NCBI RefSeq assembly: GCF_000485595.1
Contig: NW_014577080.1
Coordinates: 583,152-627,217 of the forward strand
DNA: 44,066 nt
DNA from: Priapulus caudatus
Taxonomy: Eukaryota
Reading direction: 5' to 3'
Numbering within the stretch: position 1 is the stretch's first letter; every line of letters starts with the position of its first letter. Below, piece by piece: positions 14,601 to 27,538 of this stretch. The notes beneath the pieces were generated by a model. The model searched no databases. It was not told where the DNA came from and was given only the letters and a program-made list of their open reading frames with translations. The translations under genes and the position numbers were made by a program.

Positions 14601-16119
14601 AAAGGAGAGTGAGAGGAGAGATGTGCGAATGCGAATTCTTTCGCAACGCTGTCCATTTCAACTTTCGACTACGGGAGATATCTCTTTGCACATACATCAA
14701 TGTCCTTCAGTGTACAAAAGAACGATTTATTCATTCTGCACTACAGTTTGTAACAGTCACAGCAACACAAAGCGAATGGGCAAAACTCAGAATAGAGAGA
14801 GAAATAGAAGTAAGGTGCAAGAGAGCAGCGAGAGAGAGAGAAGAGAGAGAGAGGGGAGGGAAAAAACAAGAGAAAGAAGAGCGAGGAGCGAGAGAGAGCG
14901 AGAGAGAACATGAAGAGGGAACATGGGTTAGAGGATATTGGAGCTGGAACAAAATAGAGAGGCAGAGCTATGGAGAGAGAAACATACGTGGGAGAGCGAG
15001 AGAATAAAGGTTTGAGAGAGTTGGATGGGACAGAGAGAGGGAGTCCGATCGGAGGCTAAGGAAATTATAGTGTTGAATTCTGCGAATGAAGTGGGCGGGC
15101 GTGTGTGCCGTTCGGTGGTAGGAGAAGTCGTGTGTGAGCAGGCAGCGCGTATGTGTGTGTGGCGTGCGTGCGTGTGTCAGTGCGCTGTGTGACTGCGCGC
15201 GTGTGTGTGTAAACCGATAGAAAGATAGAGAGAATATGAAATAAAACGGTAGAGCCTAGGAAGCAAAATATTAAGAAAGCGAACTCAGGAAGGAAGGAAC
15301 GAAAGAGAAAGGAGGTCGCAAACGAGGCCCAGTGGCGGCAGGAGAGAATAATAAGTGGCAGAAAATATAGATGAAGTGGAGATTAGAAGAGTGAGAGGAA
15401 AGGAAGAAAGAAAGCCGAGAGAGAGAGAGAGAGAGAAAAGAGAGAAGAAAAGAAAAAGGAGCGAGCACTTGCCGCGCGCGAGAAGGGTTCAGGCGAGAGA
15501 GCACCGGAATAGCAGCGCGAACAAGGAAAGCACGGCACTCAGAAATGATCCGCGAATGCCATGTAAATGTAAGATTCAGTGAGCGAGAATATCGGCAGTC
15601 AATATTATTTCGCCATGAGTGGGGGGAAAGTTGCCGTTCTTGCTGTCTGGGTAGCGCGTGCCTTGCGCATCAATGCCTGGTCGATAATGCGGCAGATATC
15701 AGACGCTCGTTTAAGAGCATCCTGGTAGACGTTGTGGCCACGCTTCAGGAGCGCTGATTTCGCAGCATGGCAGCAGAAATCTTTTTTGCACTTTCTCGCC
15801 GTAGAAGAAATAGGCAATCACAATAAGCCTTCAACAATCCAATATTCAAGTTTAAAAATATTTATAATATGAGACTTTGACCGGCGGCTGCTTTGCCGAC
15901 TGCTACAGAAGGGTACTCGCATATTTTGCTATATCCACTGATTACTTGTAGTACCTTATCAAACGCTGCAAAGAATTATAAATGCTGAATATACTTGTGA
16001 AAAAGATACATGTAAGTAAACTTCACTCACAGTAGTATATACATCTCTCTCTCTCTCTGTGTGTGTGTGTTGTGTGTGGTGTGTGTGTGTGTTGTGTGTG
16101 TGTGTGGTGTGTGTGGTGG

Positions 16120-16150
<31 letters not shown>

Positions 16151-16930
16151 GTTGTAAATTCATAGATTTCTAATCTCAGGATACATAATCTCATAAACTA
16201 ATAATAAAATAATAATAATAATACTACTAATAATTAATAATAATAGGCTGCGTAATCCAGAGGGTGGGTCCAGCTGGTAAGGTCACAAAAAGTACTTATT
16301 GTTTTTGCAATAATGCAAATTGTAGATATATGCGTGCGTTGCGTGCGTGCGGCGTGGGCGTCTGTGCGTTTGGTTCCGCGCATCTCTGATTTATTGTCTC
16401 CCAATGTCTGATGATTTTACGTGTATTAACGCCATGTCAGCCTGCGATTCGTTAACAATATAATAGAAATAATGCCCCACGTATGCCTGCGGGTGCCTCT
16501 CGTCGTCTCTCTTTAGTTAGATAATTCTTATGATCAAACACCGCGATACGGTTATTATGTGTAAATAATTGACGAGGGCTCTAACATATGTACATAATAC
16601 CATCCCAAGCGGTACGTACGTTCTGAAAATGTCTGGTAATAAGCTGGAATAATTTCGAGTGTTTTCCCCAAAGTGTGAAACAAATCTTTGCGTTTGTCTG
16701 CCGCGCGACGGTATGCGCGCACACAAGGTCAACAACCGACAGCTTCAAATTATTGTTATTTAAGAGGCTGTTCCGAATGTAACGATAATAGATATACTGC
16801 AACCAAACTAGTTATTTTTAGCGGGTATTAGGAAAACGCACGCGCGCGGCGGCGTATGTGTGTGTGCGTGTGGTGTGTGTGTGTTGTGTGTGGCGTGCGT
16901 GCGTGTGGTGTGTGTGTGAGGTGAGTGGTG

Positions 16931-16961
<31 letters not shown>

Positions 16962-17243
16962 TGTGTGTGTGTGATGTGTGCTGTGTGGTGTGTGTGTTCG
17001 TATTCCATGATCTTAATGTCAGGCTACTAATCTCATGAAATAAACTAATAATAATAATAATAATAATAATTAATCAGGTGGCTAACCAGGGGGTGGGTCA
17101 GCTGTTGAGTATAGTCACAAAACACTTAATTTGTTTTTGCAATACATGCAATTGTACCATTTCGTTATATTGGCATTGTTCTATAACAACTATACTTCCA
17201 CTGTGCCACCGTTTTAGGACTAGGGCTTGATAGACGACGTTTA

Positions 17244-18058
<815 letters not shown>

Positions 18059-19724
18059 TTTAGCAAAGATATTTACTTTCATCTAATTTATCTACTATTA
18101 AGTGGCAAACCGAGCTTTATTCTATCACGCATGCGTTCCCATGCTCCCATCTCAAATCTCAGTTATCCAATATCCAGTTATTTCCGCAATCCAGTTATCT
18201 TAAATGCGCCAAGAAAACTCTGCTGGTTCGCGGCAAGAGACAATAATGCATCCACGGCGGGAACTTTTCTGTTATCTGGTGGGCTTATCAGCACACACCG
18301 CATGCGCGCCCAACATGACCCTAGTACGCACAGCGCCGAAGTTCACAATATGATCCCGACTGGCAAATCAACTTAACTGCTTTTCCATAGTCCTATGCAT
18401 CACTGATACTCAATTTGTGCGATTCGCATGTGAGTTTTGCGCACTTCATGTGAATATGAGCCGTGGAGTTTCCGCTACAGCCTCAAAATATAATAGTATC
18501 GTATTCCTAACGATCATTATAACTGTTCGAGGCCACCATAGGCTCCTAGCTGGATGCGTTAGGTACCACTAGAAATATGAAATAGAGACACAAAAATTTT
18601 TTGTTTATTTCTATTCATGTACATCTTTTGTGCTTTATAAACCTAAATTTTTATATGCAAAACGAATAAATTTCCCTAACGCCATTTGTGTTGACGATTA
18701 TGTCTGCCTAGCGTTTTGCGAGGCGCTGTCGTCGCCTTGCTCGGCTGTCATTTGTGTTAAGTACAGGGCCGATGGGCGAATCGCGTCTACGTCCGCTATA
18801 TTATTTCTCATGATTACTACTTGACAAACTATCCTGTGTTCTAACCTGTACCTTTATCTCAATTACATGCTCCCTTTTCAGCAGAGTAATACAATAAACA
18901 CACTTAAACAATGTGCCCAGATCAGAATCCTAATCTAATCCGTAATACTAAACAATGCCATGAATAATTCATTTTGACTGCGGGATTGACACATATGCTA
19001 ATGAGATGATAAATGAAACCGAGTGTAGCTCGCATATATGTAAAGATTTCTATTGAAAATACGTGTGCATTCGCTATTCATTACACAGCACAGTTGCTTT
19101 ATTTCCTATCGAATATTTTGGTCACACCGTTCATAGTAATACATTTAAATGGCATTTTCTATTTCATAATCATAATATGCAAAGGGCAGCTTTTATTTGT
19201 CCTCACCAGCGGGTTGGCGCGGGGTCCTATGGTAGACGAACAGTAATGCGTGGCGTGCGAACTAACATTCGATGTATGGTGTCTGCGTGCGTGGTGTGGT
19301 CGTGTGTGTGTGTATGCCTGTGTGTGCTGTGTGCGTTGTGTGTGCGTGCGTGCCGTGCGTGTGTGTGTGGTGTGGTGCTGTGTGTGTGTGTGTGTAGTGT
19401 TGTGTGTGTGCCTCTGTGTGTGTGTGTGTGTGTGTGTAGTAAGTGCCGTGCTGTGGTGTGTAGTGTGTGCGTGCGTGCGTGGCGTGTTGTGTGTGCCGTC
19501 GCGTGCGTGCGTGGCGTGCGTGCTAAGTGTGAAACAATCTTTGAGCGTTTGTCTATGACCGACGGTAATGCCCACACACAGGTCACACAACCGACAGCTG
19601 TCAGATTACTTGTTATTTAAAGGACTGTTATCCGATGTACGCAGATAATAGATATAGCTTGCACAAACTTAGTTATCGTTTTAACGGTATTAGGAAAAAA
19701 CGCACGCGCTCGGCGCGCCGTATG

Positions 19725-20010
19725 TGTGTGTGTGTGGTGTGTGGATGTGTGTGGTGTGTGTAGTGTGTGTGTGTGTGTGTGTGTGTGTACGTGCGTGTGT
19801 GTGTGTGGGGGGCGTGGCGGTGTCACCCAGTGTGTGTGTGTGTGTGTTTGTGTGTGTGCGTGATGTGTGTGTTGTGTCTCGGGGGGGAGGGTACCGAGTG
19901 TGCGTGCGTCGCGCCGCAGCCGTGTGTGTGGTGTGTGCTGTCGTGTTGTGTGTGTGTGATGTGTAGTGTGTGTGCGTGCGTGGTTTGGATCGTGCCCAGT
20001 GTTATGTGTG

Positions 20011-20067
<57 letters not shown>

Positions 20068-20160
20068 GTGTATGTGTGTGTTGTGTATGTGTGTGTGTGT
20101 GTGATGTGTGTGTGTGTGTGTGTGTGGTTGTGCTGCGTCTTGCGTGTGTGTGTGTGTGGC
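19725..20160. repeat. Degenerate (GT)n microsatellite
   Basis: Direct reading; a further GT tract lies at about 19280-19520. Confidence 0.95.
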
Positions 20161-20288
20161 CACAGTGCAAATGCGGAGCGTGAAGGCATTTTTGGATATC
20201 CAACCATTACTTATTACGCTAGTTTACCAAGAGACTTACTACTTAGACATATTACCAAGTGCGAATAGTCGGCAAGTTATTTAGTGCT

Positions 20289-20294
20289 TTTATT
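20289..20294 (-). terminator. Putative polyadenylation signal AATAAA, copy A
   Basis: Plus-strand TTTATT in the segment homologous to 29372-29377. Confidence 0.5.
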
Positions 20295-20780
20295 ATAGAA
20301 CAGGTTGTTGCGCACCATTCAATGATATCAATCAATCGTCACTGTGCAATTTGTTACACACACACACCTAACATACATAGACTTGTGGATGACACAGTTT
20401 GCGTTAACACTCACGAGAACAAAGGCGCAGCGAAACGTCTAGTTGGCGTAGCGACCTGCTGCGAAATCGACGTGGTGATTAAGGCTTGGAAAAACATTGG
20501 ACGCTTTCTCACACTCAGCACGCTCGCCAAATGTCTCTTAGTATACGTTTTTGATATGTCGGCTGCTCGAAATCATTGCTGTGAGCGTTTCTGTATATCT
20601 TCCTGCGTGTTCTGCGAGTGAATGCCCGTTTCCTGGTCGCTGAAGGCGTATTGGTTGCGCGGGGTGTAGGTCTACGCGACCCCGTGTACAATCGCGTCGA
20701 ACCCGTTTGGGCGGGGGGCCTGTTTCCGTTCCGTTCGCAGGCTCGTCAGAGCAATTCTGAAATGCTTTCAGCGTTTTGCT

Positions 20781-21826
20781 TTAACGCGCGAGAGCGCCTC
20801 GTGGCAGGGTGGAAGCTGCCCCGGAGATGCACCCGAGGGAATCGAGAGCGCAGGGCCGGTTGGAAGCCGGCATCGTTCCGCGCGCCTCCGCGACCATCGA
20901 AATCGTATCCGGCGCCCTGCTCAGTGCTTCCCTCTCCGTCGCGCTGCTCGCGTGAACGCTGTGTCGCTGGGTCTCCTGGCTGGCCGTGCGCCCGCGCCGT
21001 CAGTCGATGCCGGCCTCTCCGTTGCGCTGCCCTCGCGCGTGAAGCTGCGGCTGTCTCCGTCTGGCGGCGTCAGCCGTTGGGGAACGCGTGCTGCATGGCT
21101 AGACCGCATCGGGCTCGCAGCCTCTGGAAAATACTGCGCGTGCGCAGGCAGCGGCACTTCATTCTGGGCGGCGTGAGCACCGCAGTCGCGGGTCTGTACT
21201 CCTCGCGGGTCATCGTTTCTGGATAGATTGCAAAGGGACTGTCTCACTTTAGATTTGACGACGATAATCTAGCAGAGGGAGCAGGATATGTTTCTCTTGA
21301 CAAACGAGCCGATGGACTCACCAAGTCAAGTTCGACAGAAACCAATGTGTTAGAACGTTCGAGACTGTGTAGCATACAGGCAGGATCTCAAACGTAGTAG
21401 TCTGGCTTCAGGCACAGCGCTCGAACCGCAAAGGTTGGTTGTATTGGAAACTTCTAGTCTCTGCAGGGGATACGCGCGCCCCAGCCAACGCCGACCGCAG
21501 CCGAAGGCTGGGATCCGTGCCCGCGAAGCGACTCGGTCGACCGTCAGGCTGAGGGCCGGCTGTTCCTGGGTTCCTTCGCCCGAGAAGCCACTCGGAAAGA
21601 AACCGCCCTGACAAAATCTGACCGTGCCCGAAGCCGGCTGGCGCCGGTTCCCGAGTAAGTGCCTCCCAGATGTCAACGCGCCTGGTGGTTACCCGTCGGC
21701 CACCGGCCCTGGATTCCGCCAAGTGTTGCCCGGTTAAGAATTGGCCGCCCAATGCCGCCAGCGGCCGAGCCCGCCAGTGGAATGGAGGTCGACCCCCGCG
21801 TCTGGATGGTGAACCGTCTGAACCGC
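20781..21826 (-). CDS. 3' part of copy A of the same gene, in error-rich insertion-dominated sequence; frame not readable
   Basis: Colinear with about 29849-30655 (shared CAGGGTGGAAGCTGCCCCGGA, CCGGTTAAGAATTGGCCGCC, GCCCTGGATTCCGCCAAG). 21090-21480 is a heavily insertion-corrupted version of about 30140-30400. The segment ends at the 25-N gap at about the position where the 22306 block resumes. Confidence 0.75.
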
Positions 21827-21851
21827 NNNNNNNNNNNNNNNNNNNNNNNNN
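21827..21851. other. Assembly gap of exactly 25 N
   Basis: Counted from the sequence. Confidence 0.99.
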
Positions 21852-22305
21852 AGATGTTGTGTGTGTGCTTGTGAGTGTGTGTGATGGTGTGTGTGTGTGT
21901 GTTGTGCTGCTGCGGTGCGTGTGTATGTGTATGCCGTGCGCGTGCGTGCCTGTGCGCTGTGTGTGTGGTGTGTATGTGTGTAGTGTGTGTGTGTGTGTGT
22001 GTGTGGTGTGTGTGTGAGTGTGGTGTGTGTGTGTGGCTGATGTGTGTGTGGGTGTGGTCCGTGTGTGTGTGGTGTGTGGTGTGTGTGTGTGTGTGTGTGT
22101 GTGTTGTTGTGGCTGTGTGGTGTGTGTGTTTGTGTGTGTGTGGTGTGTGCGTGTTGGTGGTGTGTGTGGCGTCCTGTGTCCTGTGTCTGTGTGTGTCGGT
22201 GTGCCGTGCGTCTGTGCGTGCGGCGTGTGGGCGTGTGTGTGTGTGGTGTGTTGTGTGTCAGTGTGTGTGTGCGTAGCGTGGCTGTGTGTGTGCGTGCGCG
22301 CGAGT
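21852..22305. repeat. Degenerate (GT)n microsatellite between the two halves of gene copy A
   Basis: Direct reading; abuts a 25-N gap. Confidence 0.95.
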
Positions 22306-22701
22306 ATGGCCGCCCTGGAGTCCGCCAATGCCGCCGCCACTGCTGAAAGAGCCTCCGCCGCCGCTGCGGAAGGAGCTACCTCCGCCGCTGATGAAGGAGC
22401 CACGGCCGCTGCCAGTGGAGGGGGTGACGATGCGTCTGGTGGTGACCGTCTGACCGCCGCCCTGGAGTCCGCCAATGCCGCCGCCACTGCTGAAAGAGCC
22501 TCCGCCGCCGCCGCTGCGGAAGGAGCTACCGCCGCCGCTGCTGAAGGAGCCACCGCCGCCGCTGTTGAAGGAACCGCCGCTGGAGAAGGTACGGCCGCTC
22601 GAGGAACCCTGTCGTAGTCCAAGGATTCCCTCTTTGCCAAAAGCATCGCCCATCACCGCTACAGAGTAGCTCAGCAGAAATGCAACAGCAAGGATCTTCA
22701 T
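22306..22701 (-). CDS. 5' part of copy A of the Gly-rich secreted protein gene (clean sequence; breaks off into a (GT)n tract)
   Basis: Reads MKILAVAFLLSYSVAVMGDAFGKEGILGLRQGSSSGRTFSSGGSFNSGGGGSFSSGGGSSFRSGGGGGSFSSGGGIGGLQGGGQTVTTRRIVTPSTGSGRGSFISGGG..., colinear with about 30652-31051. Confidence 0.85.
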
Positions 22702-22707
22702 GGTGAA

Positions 22708-23045
22708 CTAGATGGAAGAGACGGAGAGCAAATGCATATAGTGCGAACACGAAATGTTCAATATCACGAATCTGTACGGAAACCTTCTGCACACAACTGC
22801 AACTAATAGCTCTATGTAAGTGTTGTTTCACGCATCCAGCTCTTTTTTTAATTGGACAGTGTTTTGTCCACCATCAAAATGTTCGAACGTCGGATAACTT
22901 TTAGAGAATTTTACGTTGAGAGTGAAATTGATGTATTATATGACGTATTAACGTAATTTAATACATTGGTACGTGGATTAACTCTCACATGAATAACAAG
23001 ACAAAGCAAAAGCTTTTCTCCGCACTAGCAGATATTTCCACTTAC
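22708..23045 (-). other. 5'-UTR intron of gene copy A
   Basis: Same CAG|GTAAGT donor (ACTTAC at 23040-23045) and the same polypyrimidine/TAG acceptor (CT at 22708-22709). Confidence 0.75.
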
Positions 23046-23097
23046 CTGTGGGAGAGCCAGTGGTCGCAGCGACTAGTCCTTATGGGTGTTAAGCAAC

Positions 23098-23133
23098 CTG
23101 TGAAAATCCGTCCAGGTCCCCCAGCTATTTATA
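23098..23133 (-). promoter_or_regulatory. TATA box and putative initiator of gene copy A
   Basis: Minus-strand TATAAATAG starting at 23133, with TTTTCACA about 32 nt downstream, as in copy B. Confidence 0.65.
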
Positions 23134-23576
23134 CTCCGTGACGCTCATCTCTGACCCGTGAAGGACTGCTGCATAAAGTATCCTCCAGGCAGGGCTTACG
23201 TGGAGGTGTGTCTAGTTGTGGGCGTTTGATTTTTTCACTTTCACCGACAATAGCGGGCGGCCTTACATTACTAACCGGCTTCTCCGCTATTGGTCGGTCA
23301 TTCTCGAGATGGTTTTTTCCATTCAACTAAGGATTCTTAGCCGCCATTCTAATTCACTGACGCGAGCAGAAAGAAATGACCTTCGGCATTGTTAAAAAGA
23401 TGGGACGGGCCGAATAAGGACGAGCCTTGTAAGCACTTGCTATTACCTGGATAGTCTACGTGTGACGCCCAACTTGTGTGACCAATATGTGGAAACCTTA
23501 TTAATTTAATCTATCTACTCACTATCTATTGGCTACCTACCTACCTACGTAACTACGTACGTGCATGCATGCACAG

Positions 23577-25341
23577 ATACATACATACATACATACATAC
23601 ATACATACATACATACATACATACATACATACATTACGAATACATACATACATATCATACGATACATACATACATACATACTACATACATACATACATAC
23701 ATGCATACATAGCATACATACCATACATACATACATACATACATTACATACTATAATACAATACATACATACAGTACATACATACATACATACATACATA
23801 CATACATACACATACACATACATAACATACATACATACATACATACAGTACATACATACATCACATACATTACAACATACATACATACAATACGAGGACA
23901 TACATACATACATCACATAAACATACATACATAGCATGACATAATTCATATACATACATACATACACTACATAATACAACATACATACATACATCATACA
24001 TACATACATACATAACATACATACATACATACATACACTACATACATACATAGCATTCATACATACATACATACATACATACATACATAACATACATACA
24101 TACATACATAACAACCATCATACATACATACATACATACATACATACTACATACATACATACATAACATGACATACATACATACTACTACATAGCATACA
24201 TACAACGATACATACATAACATACATACATACATAGCATACATTACATATCATAATTACATACATACATACTACATACATACTACATAAATACATACATA
24301 CATACATACATACTACTACATACAGTAATAACATACCAGTACATACACTACATACCATATCAGTACATACATACATACATGACATACATACATACAATAC
24401 ATTACTCTACATAGCATAACATATCATACATTACATACATACATACATACATCACATACATACATCATCATACCATACATACTCAGATACATAATACACA
24501 TACATACATACATACATTACAATACATACATACATAAATACATCAATCACATGACATACATACAATACATACATCATACATACTACATCACATACATTAC
24601 CATACATACATACATACATACATTACATTAGCATATACATGTACCAATACATACATACATACAAATACATGCATACCATATCATACATACAACTACACAT
24701 ACATACATACTACATACATACATACATCATACTACATACATACATACATACATATCATACATACATACATAATCATACATACATACAACATACAACATCA
24801 TTACATCATACATACATACATACATACATACATACATACATCATACATAATAAACATCATATCACATACATACATAATACTAGCATACATACATCCATAC
24901 ATACATACATACATACATACATTACATACATACATACATCATACATACATACATACAATACATACATACATACATAGCATATGCCATACATACATCATAC
25001 CATACATTACATACACTACATACATACATACATACATACAACACGATAGACATACATACATACATCATTTACATACATACATACAGTACATACATAACAT
25101 ACCATACGAGTACATACATACAATACATACATCAACCATACATACATACAGATACTACATTACAGTACATACATACATACATACATACATACATACAATA
25201 GCAGTACATACATACATACATACATCCATACATACATACATACATACATACATTACATTACATACATCAATACATAAATACAGTAACATACATACTACAT
25301 ACATAACAATACATAGCATACAGTACATACATACTCATACA

Positions 25342-25373
<32 letters not shown>

Positions 25374-26320
25374 CATACATTACATCATACATACATACAT
25401 ACACATACGATACAAGATACATAATTTCTATCTATCTACCCTCCCATACCTAACCTACCTTATCTATAACAGCGTACATACCGTTATCCTACTTTCCTTA
25501 GCCTACCTACCTACCGTACCTACCTACTCGAACTACCCGAGGTCTACCTACCTACCATTACCTACCTACCTACCTACCTACCTTACGTGCCTACCTACCT
25601 GCCTGCCTAACTCTACCTACCTACCCCTAGCCTACCTACCTACTATAGCCTACCTACCTACTACTACCTACCTACCTACCTACCTACCTCCTACCTACTA
25701 CCGTACCTAACCTACCTACCTACCTAGCCTACCTACCTATCCTACCACCTAGCCTACCGTAACCGTACCTACCTACCTACCTAACCTACCTACGCCTACC
25801 TACCTACCTACCCTACCTACCTACCTACCTACGCTACCTACTACCTCCTAACCCTACACCCGCTACCCGTACGCTACACTACCTAGCCTACCGTACCTAG
25901 CCTGAACCGCGGTACCGTACCTACGCAACCGACAACGTACCTACTTACCCTAGCCTAGACACTACGCTACCACTACCGTACCTAGGGCTACCGTTACCTA
26001 TCCCTACATATCCCACTAAACCTACCTACTAACGCGTACCTACCTACCTAAAACTCTAAGCTACCTAAACTAAACCCTACCACTGAAAACCTACTCTACC
26101 TAACCGCATCCGTACTCGTACATACTAGCGCCGTACCCTAACATAACCCACCTACCTACCTACCTACCTACCTACGCTACCGTAGACCCTAGCCCCTACC
26201 TACCTACGACCTACACCGCCTACGCTCCCTAACCTAACTACGTAATGTAAACTACCCCCTAGCCATACCTAAGCAATAAGCATACCTCTACCTACCCCTA
26301 CGTACTACCTAAATCTCTAC
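23577..26320. repeat. Compound microsatellite (TACA)n then (CTAC)n
   Basis: TACA at about 23577-25420 and CTAC at about 25430-26320, increasingly noisy towards the gap. Confidence 0.95.
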
Positions 26321-26345
26321 NNNNNNNNNNNNNNNNNNNNNNNNN
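26321..26345. other. Assembly gap of exactly 25 N
   Basis: Counted from the sequence. Confidence 0.99.
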
Positions 26346-27159
26346 TAGAACTGATTAAGAAAGGTGGAAGTAATCTGGGCAAAGAGGTATTAGAAATCTT
26401 GAGGAGTATGACAATAAGGTATGTCACTTATGAACTACTTGGTTCGAAACATAAGAAGAATGGAAAAAATATGTTGAAGGAGACTATTAAAAACATAATT
26501 ATGGGAGAGATAAAATGAGGTCTGTGAGAAACAAAAATGAAAGCATAATATGTCGAAAGCTATGTATAAAGCCATAGATTATGACAACTGTCATTTGATG
26601 ACTGCATGCCTTGTGTTTTTTAGGTGTAAGGACGTGCATGATATTAAAAAAAGGTTATTTTAAATACTACAGTAACGAAAGATGTATTGCTGTCGATGAA
26701 AAGAAAAAAGAAAAATTGGAACATTTATTACTCGTGTAAAGATATTAGAAGGGTATAATAAAGGGGAACGGGTAGAAGATATGGAAAGTGATGACCCAAA
26801 AATACTAAAACCAAGCATTAGATATGTTTAAAACAGGCCCACTGATCAATTAGAGAAAGTAATTAATTAATGTTACTGTAGACAGGACATTTCCATTATC
26901 TACCGGCATTATCCCCGCAGCACTTCAAGGAGAATCTGTGCCTTGTGAAATACAAGAGAGGGACCCCAAGATACAAGAGTACAAGATCAGCGGCGATGTG
27001 CAGTAGAAAAGTTTGCAGTACCGGTAATTAGTAACAGGAAGAAGGAAGACTTGATAGATGTACTGCGTGTATTGGGTGCTAGGTGAGCAGGCGAGAAATC
27101 CTCATGTTTATATGTTCATAATTATTTTTTATCATCTACTTAAACTGAGGATAGGGCAG

Positions 27160-27229
27160 ACAGAGCGAGGAAGAGGCAGAGATAGGAAGAGAGAGGGCGG
27201 CAGAGATCAGAGAGGGGGACCAGAAGAGC

Positions 27230-27266
<37 letters not shown>

Positions 27267-27318
27267 CGAAGAGAGAAGAAGAGGAGAGAGAGAGGGTGAG
27301 AGAGAGAGACAGAGAGAA
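27160..27318. repeat. Degenerate (GA)n microsatellite
   Basis: Direct reading. Confidence 0.9.
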
Positions 27319-27538
27319 ACGTTTACAGTAAATATATAGAAAAATATAAATATATAAATAGAGTAAATATTAAAATTTAGCCATCATTAAGTGATCGGTA
27401 ATGTCGGCGATATATATAGCCATCACATACTAGCACGCATTCGGGTACCCTCGGACCATTCAGAGAATAGCGCCTCGGGGTTAGCACGGAGGCCACCATG
27501 TTGGAATATACGTCACATGATGGGATCTACTTTACACG

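Noticed and set aside
21408..22646. 412-aa Ala-rich ORF resembling an antifreeze or mucin protein
   Set aside because: It is an alternative frame of the Gly-rich gene running through (CA)n and an N gap; the signal peptide, start context and splice acceptor support the Gly frame.
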